A DNA stretch of 31,759 bases, taken from contig NIVC01004912.1 of the NCBI GenBank assembly GCA_002269645.1, positions 1 to 31,759 on the forward strand. Reading direction: 5' to 3'. The DNA is from Macrostomum lignano. Lineage: Eukaryota. The notes beneath the pieces were generated by a model that saw nothing but the letters and a program-made list of their open reading frames with translations, was not told the origin of the DNA and did not search any database. Position numbers and translations under genes: made by a program. Numbering within the stretch: the first letter of the stretch is position 1; the number at the start of each line of letters is the position of its first letter. Shown here piece after piece: positions 12,851-25,552 of this stretch.

Positions 12851-13879
12851 TTTGTTACAATTTGCCGTTCGGAAGACCGTGTTGCTAAAACTGGCTCCCT
12901 TTTGCCAAATTTGAATGCACACTTGAACTGATTCTGCCATAGTTGGCCATAAACATATTGCCGCAAGGTTAATGCTTTGCCTATGGGCTTGCCAAAAATG
13001 AAGACACTTTGCCAAAGATCGAAATAGTATTTCATCAACATGGCTGACCAAAGCAACACTGACGTGGGGGACAGGATGCTACCATTCTGAAAACTGAGTT
13101 TCTTCTTAATCTTCTTTCAACATCGTTTCCGTCAGAGTTATCATTATCAGCTCCCGGTGCAGGTGCACTGCACTCGCATGGAGGTCGCTTTTTCATAGAT
13201 TTGACTGAACATGAAAAAATGAGCAAGTCAACTGGCTACTAAGCCATCGATAAGCAGCTCAAGGAAGTTCGCTCAGCTGATTTAAATCCATTCTAGACTA
13301 TCAGTGTCATTAACTCGCTTCACTGCTCATCGAAGGTTCATTTAAGCGAAAGAAATAAACTTGATCTGAAATCTGGAATCCTTAGTAGGGTCTGTCCTTG
13401 AAGTCAAAGAGAGCTAATTTTAAACCGCGAGCTTTTTATAAAGAATATTGCAATAACTCCCAGGTGAAGAACTGCTGGATCTCCCCTGCGGATAAAAAGT
13501 TCCATCTTATTTTTCTCTCAAGCACCCCCGGCGATTCCCCCATTCTCCTAAAATCCAATCTCTTTTTTCCCAGTGCGCCTGCTTGTCCGCTCGACCGCGC
13601 CAATCCGATGGTTATCTGACTGATTGGAGAATGGGGGTGGGACTCGAATGACTCGGATAGCCAGAAAATAATTGGGGGCACCGAGTATCCTGCAATGCCT
13701 ATATAGGACTTACACTGAGTAAAAAATCTTGCACGATATCTTCTTCATCAACCATGGGAGACATTATGAGTTATAAGGGTAAACTTTTTACTTCGCTAGA
13801 AGCAATCAAGCAGAGCCCTGATGTCCTTTGCAACATTTATCACAAGATTTATTGGTGATTTAGGACTTCTGGTTGGCTT

Positions 13880-14484
<605 letters not shown>

Positions 14485-15257
14485 GATTGCAAATGCTCCT
14501 GGCCAATTGTAAGTAGCTCCTGCTGCACTTTGAGCAGGGGGCGTTGTTTTTTTTAAACGATTTTTTTAAATGTGTTTTCAGACATGACTATAAATCAATA
14601 AATGAAGATTTATTTTAATTCGTAATTTGATGCGGGCGCTCAACCAGGGCTTTGCCTGCTTGCTTGGATAATACATTTAGCTCGTTGGAGCGAATATAGG
14701 AGCGTCTCGTCTCCTTTGACAACAATTGTTATAGAGCCCGCCTTTCGCCGCTTTTATTCCTCGCAACTCCAAACATTGCTTATATAAACTATAGCCTATT
14801 ATTAGATGCAAGTATTTTTATTACTCTGGATGTCTCTAATAGCTGCAACTCAGCAACAGTGAGGTACTTTTATTGATAGGCGCCTCAATCAAGGATATGG
14901 AATTCACGGAGTTTTAACTATGGACCGCTAGGTGGCGGGATAATAAGCCAACGATACAAAATCTTCGCAGAGCTAGTGAAGAGTTTTCATTAGCAGGCGA
15001 CTGTTAATTGGTGCATTAGTGGCCATAGTGTAGCAGTTACTTCTTTGAAATCGGCATAGTTCATGCAAAAATTCGGCTTTTGTTATGAATTAGAAATATT
15101 TCAACTTTCGAAATTTCCTATTCCGAAAAGTGAAGCAGGCATATTCTTAACCTTAACTGAGATTGACTCGTAACGTCGTGACCAATTTATTCCTCTTTTG
15201 GCCCCCTTTTTGGCTAGTGTCAGTGTCGCGCGTGTTTGTATAGGAATACCAAACATA

Positions 15258-15450
15258 GGGCCGTATGCAGAAAGCTCTGTCTAGGGTAGTCCGGTCTTGA
15301 AAAGCTAGTCTAGACTTGGATTTGGTATGCAGAAACACAAAGTTAGACCGGTCTACTATAGCAGAACTAGGCTAGCTAGACCATAGACTATAGACTGAAC
15401 TACCCAAGTCCGGACTAGCTAGTCTGGACTAGGCTTTCTGCATACGGCCC
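15258..15450. mobile_element. 193-bp MITE, probably PIF/Harbinger (Tourist-like)
   Basis: Perfect 18-bp TIR GGGCCGTATGCAGAAAGC / GCTTTCTGCATACGGCCC with 3-bp ATA duplication on both flanks. The usual Harbinger TSD is TWA, so the superfamily call is tentative. Confidence 0.8.
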
Positions 15451-16057
15451 ATAGACTAACTAAAACTAACAGAAAACACGTAGATACTTTATAGTGTGTA
15501 AAGTATGTCTGTCTGAAAAAAAACAGCTGGTGAAAATTTTTTTTAGAAAGTGCAGAAAGCTTGGCGAGCTGTTCAGTGAAAATGCATATTTCTGCAGTTC
15601 CGAAGCCGCTGCCTCGAGTTGCATAACAGTTCTAATCTTCGACATTTTGGTCGCTCTCCAACTACGCTCAAGTGTGCCCTTGTGACGGCAATTGCTAGGC
15701 TAAATCTTCTCTTAAGGGTCATTTTGCAATCTCTAGAGAGCTTATAACTATAGCGTACTTTAAGTAAGATACAAAAATCTTACTCATCGTATGTAGCGTA
15801 TGTTCTTCAACCGACTGTTACGAGGTTCGGCCTGTTTATCACACGTCCGAGTTGAATAAAAGTAGTTTAACTCTTTTTAATCGTGTTTACATGTACTCAG
15901 CAAACACCAGCTATTACTCTAGGACTACACAAGTAGGAGGGGTAACTACGTTTCTTAGGAATGGTTTTACTAAATAATACATTACGGGGAACGTGGAGTT
16001 TCTCATTCATATATTACAGCACAAAGTTTGTAATTACTTTTGATAGGGGGCAGACCC

Positions 16058-16680
<623 letters not shown>

Positions 16681-16760
16681 GACCTCTGTTTTTGTATTCG
16701 TTGATATTCGTAGGGCTTTCGTTCAAAAAGTTAGGATTCTAAGCCGTACTGAAAACTATA

Positions 16761-19189
16761 TCTAAATATACTAAATCTCTAAGGTTTGTATGTCCATAAC
16801 GCTCTAGTTAAATACTAAAAATGTTTCCCAGGGCGCGCGCTGCATGCTTGCTCAATTCACCCCGCAAGCCAGTGTGTTGCATCCTAATTTTAAAATGTCA
16901 TTCAATAGGCAACAGGTTGCTGCTTCAGCCTGACCTCTACCTGAACCGGGACGTGATCCACAATGGGAGATTTTAATAAAACAAATGTTAGAAATATTCT
17001 GAAAAAAACATGGATTTTGCTGCAGTAGAAATTGATTAGAGATATCGCCTTCGAGACCTTCATTTTTCTTCATCTCTAGCCATTGCTACAGTTCCGTAAA
17101 TTCAAGAAGCGAATACCGTTTAATAATTCATGAAAAGCAAACAGCATATTCAGTCACTTTACGTGCGCTGGCCTACGCCTGCCTGCTTAAATCATTTGTA
17201 TGCGCAACATGTGGTGTGCGTGTGCGTTTGACTCGCGTCTTGTGGCCAAATACGTACCTGTGTTGACTCAAGGGGCACAGATGTCATGTATACCTACTAT
17301 GAACGCTACCAGGGTGTAATTAGTAAATCAAAAAATTAATGCAATAAATACGGACTTGTTAAGAATACAGATTCAGACACTACTTATAGTAATTCAACTA
17401 GACCTCCACCCGGAGGCAAAGAAAGGAATAAGTTTTTTAATAATCTGCATGTAACTTTTGACCTCTGTCACTTGCGCCTCCTGCCAGCCAACCTAATAAG
17501 GCTTAAGTCTTGCTCAAGCTGCTCTCGCGCAGGTGAAGGAGACGGCGCAGCGTGACACCGTGGTCGTCCTCGGAGACCTGAACGCGGTTTTGCGTAGGTC
17601 CGAGTGGTAGCTGTTTGTGACACCACACGAGAACGAACGGCAACAACGGAGCGCTAGCTGGAGGCCTTCATCTAGAGGTAGAACATAGTTCAACCAACAC
17701 CCGCTTCCGCAAGTCATTCGGCAGGCTCGCGACCTTCATGATCGAGCTGCAAGGGGAGGCGGGGGAACGCTCGCGGCCGGAATACGACGCTGAGGCAGGC
17801 ACTGCTCGATCACTTGCTTGTGCATTTTCGTGAGCGCCGCTGTACAGTGTCGTCAACTGTCCCCACCACCATCACGCCACTGGCTATGCGGTCCGACCAT
17901 CGGCCCCTTGACTGCGATCTGCGCCTACGTGATCCTCTACCGTCCTCCGAAGCGGCCATCGCGGCGTTACTACCGTACGCTCAAGGACACCCAGCAGACA
18001 TGTCGCCATCTCGCTAGCGCCTTCGTCAGCGCGCTTGGCGACACGTGCGACACAGCAAGCAGTCCCGCTGATGCGACCGGCCCAACGTAAGCAGTCGGTC
18101 TGGCTGGATGACCCAGCGATTCGGCAAGCGAGGGCAGAGCTGGAAAGGCTCCGTCTGAGCAGGCGGCAACTCGTGAGGCAGAGTCTCTGGCGGCTGTCTA
18201 CCTGCCATGCAGAGACTTCCTGCCTGTTGCGGCTGTCGCTGAACGAGTACTTGCCGCCCCATCGCGGCTCAGTGGCGCAGATCTTTATGGGGTCATTAAT
18301 AATCAGTTTTTAGTCTGTCTGGTGTGATCTGCAGGTGTACGTTCTTGAGTATGGATATCGATGCACCTGATGGTCGAGGAAATCTCGAACGTGATGATCG
18401 CGCTTTTTACTTTTAATTTTTCAGGCCATCAAATTAAGCATATGATCTGAGATCGTTCTCGTTTTTTAAAACTTAACGATATTGTTATAGCTAATTTTTA
18501 TGGCTACATATGTATGACCTTTCCACACACAGGAAGAGTTCCTGCATGACTTTGTGCAGTTGGCCGGACTCACTGGGTATTTCACTGCACGCCTGTGGGC
18601 TCTGGCATCGCAATAAATGACAAAAACTTAGCTGTTCACAGATCTGGTTCACAGAGCTGCAAGTCGGGCAGGAACTCCTCCTGTGTGTGGAAAGGTCATT
18701 CTGGTGCAGATTGTGACTGCATGGGCAGACCTACTCAGAGCTGTTACGCGGCAGTTTCTGCCATTGCTACGGCAAACTTTGGCTGCCTGCAGAATTGCAT
18801 TCAAGACAACAACGCTGCACCACATCGAGAGAAAATTACACATGCAGCTGCTTGAAGGAGCAGCTCGACATTCGCGCGAGCGTACTTGCATTCGGAAAAA
18901 ATCATGCATACCTACACACAGTATATCCGCTTATCAATTATAATCGGCAGCCATGTAGACATGAAAAATTAGGTTCATTAAAAAAGGTCAAAAAGGATAG
19001 AAAAGTTTTCATAGAATTCGCTATAATGCAAAAAAAGATTTGTTATGTTTGTTTCTATGAATTTAAAACCGCTAATGGATGAGATATTTTAAAATTTAAT
19101 TAAAGTATGTGAGTGACCCGCCGCACTACCCGGCCGGCCGGCCAGAGGGACAGATTGGCGTAGGCCTACGCAGATAGAGCAGCGTCTAG
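16761..19189 (+). mobile_element. Probable non-autonomous Helitron
   Basis: 5' A|TCTAAATATACTAAATCTC; 3' perfect 14-bp palindrome GCGTAGGCCTACGC (19158-19171) 14 nt upstream of CTAG|T. That the two ends belong to one element is inferred. Confidence 0.5.
17512..18300 (+). pseudogene. Degenerate AP-endonuclease region of a non-LTR retrotransposon (RTE-like)
   Basis: Motifs VVLGDLNA, LLDHLLV and RSDHRPL in broken frames with stops and frameshifts. Confidence 0.85.
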
Positions 19190-21250
19190 TAATAGTAGTA
19201 TATTTAGATTTAAGGCTAATGCTTACGTTTTGGTTGAAGCATGGGTAGGTCTAGCCTAGCAATATTACCTTGCAGCAAGTAGGCCTAGCTTGAATGCTAC
19301 AACAACAATCTAAATAACTAATATTAGGCCTAGGCCTAATCATTAATTTCATATTAACGCCGGCAATAAAGTGGTTTTCTTTACCTTGGCTGCCTGCTGT
19401 TCGCTTCTGTTTATTATTTATTTATGTATCCAGATTCCAGACTATGCCTAGGCCTACTTCAGTGTGTTCAAATAGAAATTTGTGTCATTGTGTTAAGTCT
19501 TAAGATTTAGGCCCTAGGCCTAACAAAATTTCATTTGGTAGGGGCCTAGCTAGTTTATAGTATAGTTAAATTATAATAGGCTTATAACATTAACATACTA
19601 ATTTAAGTAGTAGGCCTAGGCCCTATATACCTTGCCTCTATAAAGGGACAAATCATTATTTTTTAAGTTTGTGTTTGATTTTATTCCTAATTTGGGTCTT
19701 ATCCTATTATTATTTAGCATAGGCCCACTAGTTATAGGCAAAACTATGGCTAAATTGTTTGTTTTTCTCTATTAGTATTATGTCTAGTTGTAGCCAAAAG
19801 ATTAAAAATTATAGTTGGTTCCATTCTTAACTATTTTATTCTAGGAGGCTATTCTATTCATTTAATAATTCCTATCCTAGCCTTGCCCTTAGTAGGCCTA
19901 TAGTAATAATAATAATAGTTATAATTAAGCTTTATGCTAGGCTATAGAGCCTATAGCAGAACTAGATTTATTAGATAAAATTTAGGCTAGGCCTACTTTG
20001 TATTATACAATAAGAATAAGTCTAGTAATATAAATTCTTGATCTAGTATTTTTTATTCGCCTAAAATAGCTGAATCATTGGCAAAAGCAATTTTGGGCAT
20101 TGCATATATATATATGACATAGAGGTTATTTGTCCTTATAGGCCTAAATAATCTCACAATGCCACCAGCTGTTATATGGGTTATTTCTTCTTAAGACTAC
20201 TGGTTATTAATTGCCTTTCCACTGGTAGCACATGTACTTCTATTGGTAGCATATGTACTTCTATTGGTAGTATATATATTTCTATAATATTTTCTAGCCT
20301 GAATAGTCTTTAGGCACTGTCTATTCTATCCCTATATTCCTCTAAAGATTTTAGTCTCTCAGTCCTAGGCATTCCCAGGATCAGAGGGTCATAGCTGACT
20401 TGCTGGATATTCTGCCCCAAGACAGGTTTCTCAGACTCTGAGTCTAGACTTCTCTACCTTGTGATAGGATTCCTGCCTTCTAAAGGCGATTTCTCAGATC
20501 TTAGATCTAGATGTCTTGTTCTCTGAGAACAGACTAAACTCCCAATCTTGGGGCAACTCCTATGTCACTATCTACTACTTGAAATAAGTAACACAAGTGA
20601 TTACAAGCCTACTAAGGCTGATTGGATTTTATTTGCAAAATAAGCAGGTAGGCACAATCAAAGCTTGAGCTCAAAGGTGAGAAAGGAAGAAGCAAACCTT
20701 TATTATGGTCAGGCCCTCAGATGGCCCCTATTTATAGTAAAAATTTCATTATAGTTTTAAACAAATGATTGTACAAAATATACAAAATATACAAAATATT
20801 TCTAATATTTGTTCAATACAACAAAGTATTAGTTTTCGAATGTTACAATTTTCTAAGAAATAAAAGAAAATTTGTTTACTAAAATCGAAGCCTATTGCAT
20901 ATATAAGATTAAAATTTTAATGAAGAATATTAGTTATATAAGTTTATTAATAACTTTTGAAAGCCTTTTAAAAATATACCTTTATTAAGCAAGTAGTTTA
21001 TAAATAATATGCCTATTTCAAGGATGCTCTTATGATGTCTATTTTAAAGATATACATATAAAGTACCTATTGCTTCATGACAATGAGTCTATATATAGTT
21101 AGGACTATATAAAATAGCTACTAGAAAACTTTAATTAAGAAGTATTGCTACATCTTGCAAATTCTTTTGACATAAATCCCTACAAATTTAAACAGCTTTG
21201 TTTAAGGCTATTTCTTTAATTGTATAGACAAGCTTTTGGTATAATCATTT

Positions 21251-22040
21251 GGCTCATTCCATATAAGATGGACATTTTTGGAAAATAGAAAAAGTCAATA
21301 TTTTTGCTTGCCATTGCCTTATCAGCCAATGTTTTTTTACCAAATGTTTTTTATGTGTAGTATCTACAATCTAAGAATAAATGAATGATAAAATGTTGGA
21401 TTAGTATGTTATCAAGTGGCAAAAAGTCATTTTTGTAAAAATTTGGACATTTTTCTAAGCAAAAGACATCATTAAATTTGTGTACCTTTTAAAAACAAAT
21501 AGAAAGCTTTGGAAGGTTGAAACAAACTATAGATAAAAGTATAGTACTTGCATCATCAGATAAAAGTATTGGTGACCAAATAATCTATTATATTTTTAAT
21601 ATATTGGTACCTCAAAGTTACTGAATTGACAGAAAAAAAATATGTTACGACCATAATGTTACAACCATAAGGCTGCCTTTTCTTTTGTATCTTTGTTGCC
21701 TTTTTGAGTTTATATATTCTACAAAAAGAATATGATTACTGAAGATGTTCTTAGTCAAATTTTAAAAAATGTATTGCAAAATATCAAAAATAAAAAATGT
21801 TAAAAGACTTTTACCTTTTAGTTTCTATATGTCAAAAATCCTGTTGTTACAACCATAAGTGCCATTCAAGGCTTAATAGCATCTATACTAATGATGATAT
21901 CTACATGAAACTCTATAAAAATATTCTTGACAAAATTATCTTTAATTTAAAATATTGGTTTAGTATATTTTATTATTATATTTCATTTTATAAGTAAAAA
22001 TAGCCTGTCATGTTATAACCGTGCTTATATGGAATGAGCC
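21251..22040. mobile_element. 790-bp non-autonomous DNA transposon, Sola1-like
   Basis: Perfect 17-bp TIR GGCTCATTCCATATAAG / CTTATATGGAATGAGCC; 4-bp TSD ATTT on both sides, fitting the Sola1 AWWT rule; internal GTTA(C/T)(G/A)ACC motifs. Confidence 0.75.
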
Positions 22041-23256
22041 ATTTAGTTTTTTTTTACCAAAAATGCAGTCCCATGCTAGGTCTAAAACCCCCATACTTAA
22101 CTGATAAATAGTATGCCAGGTGGTGTAAAAAATTTCAAAATGAATAAAAGTCCTATCTTTAACCTATCCCTTCTACATTGCTCTGACTTCAAGTTTAAGC
22201 TAAGTTAAGTTCTAAATTCCCAATGTGCTACATGTCTATTCTATTGAATTATATCTTATTTTGGATCAAGTATTAGATAATTTAATTTGTTATAAGTTTG
22301 GTAAGTTGAAATCAACCTCAAAAAGACAGTGTGCCAATTTGGCATTAGGGGTCCAAATCTAAGATGCCAAAATTGAAGTCAAGATGCTATAGCACCCATA
22401 TACCAAAAAAACTAGATAATCATGTAAGTTCAATAGCTATATAATTCTGTGACTGTTGATAAAGTTAGAAAGCTACAAGGCAATGTCTAATTGTAGCCAA
22501 ATGATGACTACTTAAAATGATTAGAGAGTTTTATAACTTTCCAGTTTCTTGTTACATTTTTATAGTTACTGATATTGACTTTTAAGATCCCCCTTATATA
22601 GTGCTAGCATTAGGCCCTATAAGACTAGTAGTAATTGAGAAAATTAGCTCTGGTGCAATGTGGTAGTGCCATAATCTAGTAACAGTACAACAGTATGCCT
22701 AACGATTATATAAGGTGTCTACTGTCTTAAGCACCTTGAAAAAGGGTACTAGTGTAGTATGGCACACCTAAAATTTATAAAGTATCTAGCATGTGTCTGC
22801 AGGTTTTCTAAAAGTTTTTGGTATGCATCTGTAGGTTTTTAAAAATTATTCCGATGAGGGCATTAAGTGGTTAAAATTAGAATTTTTATAAAAGGTATTT
22901 TTAGTTAAGAATAAAAATTATTATTTTACCTATGGTATACTAATGCAACCAACTATTGCAATATAATAATTTACATTTGATTATCTTCTTTGACCAAAGC
23001 ATGACTAAATTATAAGAGCCACAAGTTTAAATGCTAGCACATTGGCCATCATTTGGTATCTGCTTAATAGCAAACAGTCAATTAGCAAAAAACCTGTGCT
23101 GCAGCTAGGGTAAGACAAGAAGCTGGATGCCCTACACATTAGCTTATTGTTATTTTTGTTTGGGCCTAACTTTCAAGAGCACATATCAAGATCAATGCTA
23201 CATGTAATTGCTCACTTATTAATTTATTATTGCCCTCGCCGAACCTGGGTTTCCAG

Positions 23257-24225
23257 GACCCCTCAGCAGCAGCAGCTTGCAAAGCCTCCTCCGGCGGCAA
23301 GCGACGTCGTAAGCCCCTGAAATCTCAGACGCCCCAGGCGTCTTTGGTGCCTCAGATGTCCCTCTCGCTTCATCAGCAGCAGCAGCAGATGCCGCCGCAT
23401 CAGCAGCAGCCGTTGCATTCGCAACCTCAGCTGCCTCATCATCATCAGCAACAGCATCAGCCGCATCATCACATGCAGCAGCAGCATCAGCCGCATTCCT
23501 CTTCTGTCCAGCATCTGCAGCAACATCAGCCGGTTCCTCATCATCAGTTACTGCCGCACGCGCTCGCCCAGCAACAGCAGGCGGCCGCATTCGGCTTAGG
23601 CGAGCACCTGTCACTGGGGAGCCTGCGCATCAGCTTTGCCCCTGTTTTCACTTGCAACCTGTGCGAGCGAGCATTCACCGATCGGGCCTCGTTTGAGCAG
23701 CACAATACTACTCATATTCGCGGCGAACTACTCATCAATACTACTAATAATAACAGTAGTAACAACAGTACCGTTCCAAATCGGCCAGTCGCAACCTCGG
23801 ATTCTGCTGGCGGAGCCGCCGCCACCACCGCTGCATCGGCCCCAACTGGCCCCAACACCACCGACGTCCGCGGCGGCAAGCGGAAGCCGCACAAATGCGA
23901 ATTGTGCCTGAAGCAGTTCCGTCAGAAGGCCCACCTCAGTCACCATTTGATGACGCATTCGGGTGCCAAGCCGTTCAAATGTTCCGTTTGCGAGCGCAGC
24001 TTTCCGCAGCAGTACTCGCTTAGTCGGCACATGCAGCGCCACAACGACGACCGGCCATTTGCCTGTCCGATCTGCGGCCGGGCCTTCCGCCAGAAGGTGC
24101 ACCTGGACGCGCACGAGCGGACGCATTCGGGCCACAAGCCGTTCTGCTGCCGGTTCTGCTCTAAGCAGTTCGGGCACCGGTATTCTCTTGATCGGCATGT
24201 CAGCCAGCTGCACCCTCTGGCCTGA
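23257..24225 (+). CDS. C2H2 zinc-finger transcription factor with Q/H-rich N-terminus and 5 fingers (terminal coding exon)
   Basis: One isolated finger (CNLC..HNTTH) plus four tandem fingers joined by SGAKPF, NDDRPF and SGHKPF linkers. The listed start at 23230 is TTG; acceptor TTTCCAG|GAC at 23256/23257 is in frame; first ATG at 23356. Confidence 0.93.
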   Translation, partial: DPSAAAACKASSGGKRRRKPLKSQTPQASLVPQMSLSLHQQQQQMPPHQQQPLHSQPQLPHHHQQQHQPHHHMQQQHQPHSSSVQHLQQHQPVPHHQLLPHALAQQQQAAAFGLGEHLSLGSLRISFAPVFTCNLCERAFTDRASFEQHNTTHIRGELLINTTNNNSSNNSTVPNRPVATSDSAGGAAATTAASAPTGPNTTDVRGGKRKPHKCELCLKQFRQKAHLSHHLMTHSGAKPFKCSVCERSFPQQYSLSRHMQRHNDDRPFACPICGRAFRQKVHLDAHERTHSGHKPFCCRFCSKQFGHRYSLDRHVSQLHPLA

Positions 24226-24236
24226 CCGATTCATTT

Positions 24237-24300
24237 GACATTTGACCGCCAGTGACATTTGACTGCCAGTGACATTTTTACTGCCAGTGACATTTGGCTG
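24237..24300. repeat. 17-bp tandem repeat x3.5 (GACATTTGACTGCCAGT)
   Basis: Read directly, starting 12 nt after the zinc-finger stop codon. Confidence 0.85.
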
Positions 24301-24654
24301 TCTAAAATTGACCGATAGCCCTAACCCATACCCAAGCTTATTTTGTAAGCTTGACGCTCGACAGTGCTTTAACTGAATCTCTCTAGCTTGTCTTAACTAC
24401 GAGTATTTCTTTTTTTATCCACTAATTCCACTGCTGCACTTTTAAATTGGGCGCTATATACTGTATGTGTATTGGCTGACAGATATCAGAGTTACTACGA
24501 GTATATAGATTGTCTGAGATAACAGTAAATACTTCTGTCTTTGAAGGCACTGAATAGTTGTACTGGCTTTATCTGCGTTTCACTACTGACTGGTTGTAAT
24601 TAGTAGTATGTTGAGCTTAAGACTGGATTTGCGACTTTTGACTGCGGACGATCA

Positions 24655-24890
24655 AGTTTAGATTTAGGGTTTAGTTTAGGGTTTTGGTTTACGTTTGACT
24701 TAGAGTTTAGGCTAGTGGTTTGGATTAGGTTAGAATTGGGGTTTAGGCTAGGGTTTGGATTAGGTTAGACTTAAAGTTTAAGTTAGGGTTGGGTTAGGAT
24801 TTGTTTGGGTTATGACTTAGGTTAGTGCTTGTGTTTGGGTTAGAGTTTGACTTATGTTTAGGATTTAGGTGAGGATTTAGGTATGGATTA
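24655..24890 (+). repeat. Degenerate TTAGGG-like repeat tract
   Basis: Many TTAGGG/GTTAGG/TTTAGG variants. Confidence 0.75.
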
Positions 24891-25552
24891 GAGTCGGTAG
24901 TCAATTGGTGGCAGTGAAGAGTCGCAGACCCCTAAGTCTGTCTACTAAACGTGAAACATCTGTCAAAAAATGGCTCATGTTAATGATACACAGCATTGCG
25001 TACTTCAATGCTTTATTTCTCCAACTTTGTTTTGTTGCGTGTTTCATAGATTTTTACCTGTATATTTATTGTATAGTTAATTATTGATCGAACTTAACCA
25101 TAGCCAATAAATATTGTTTATTCACTAGCCATACTGTTAGAGTATCTTGTTGCTAATGTGTTTGTACATACATACTCTTAGATGGTTGCTAAGACACGGA
25201 TTAATATAGCGCTCTATGCTGTGGTTGGGTTAACAATATATTATTACCTTTTAAATAAATCCACAAGGCATGAATCCAGCTGTCTGTAAATTTACATTCA
25301 CTATCAAATATTCTTTCCATATTTATCGTTTTGTTTAGTAAACTTTAACCGTATAGCAAATTATTATATTTTGCGATTATTAGCTGTACAATCCTTTGTT
25401 TCTTATAGATCAATTAATTATACACTTGAATTGAAATTCACCTATGTATAAGTTGTAGCTTTATTAATTATTTTTTTAATTGCTTTTTGTCTGTACGCAA
25501 GTCGTATAGTGGACATATTAATATAGATTGTGTTTTTAGGGTGGGTAGCTGC

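Noticed and set aside
14921-14938. CTCF-like motif TGGACCGCTAGGTGGCGG
   Set aside because: Single isolated match; such words are common in transposons, and the host's CTCF status is unknown
18540-19082. Cys-rich short ORFs as a captured gene
   Set aside because: No recognisable domain or consistent splice signals
22858-22878. piggyBac-like end GGGCATTAAGTGGTTAA
   Set aside because: No matching left TIR with TTAA found in the window
23219-24258. Antisense and alternative-frame ORFs over the zinc-finger gene
   Set aside because: Shadow ORFs of a GC-rich coding exon
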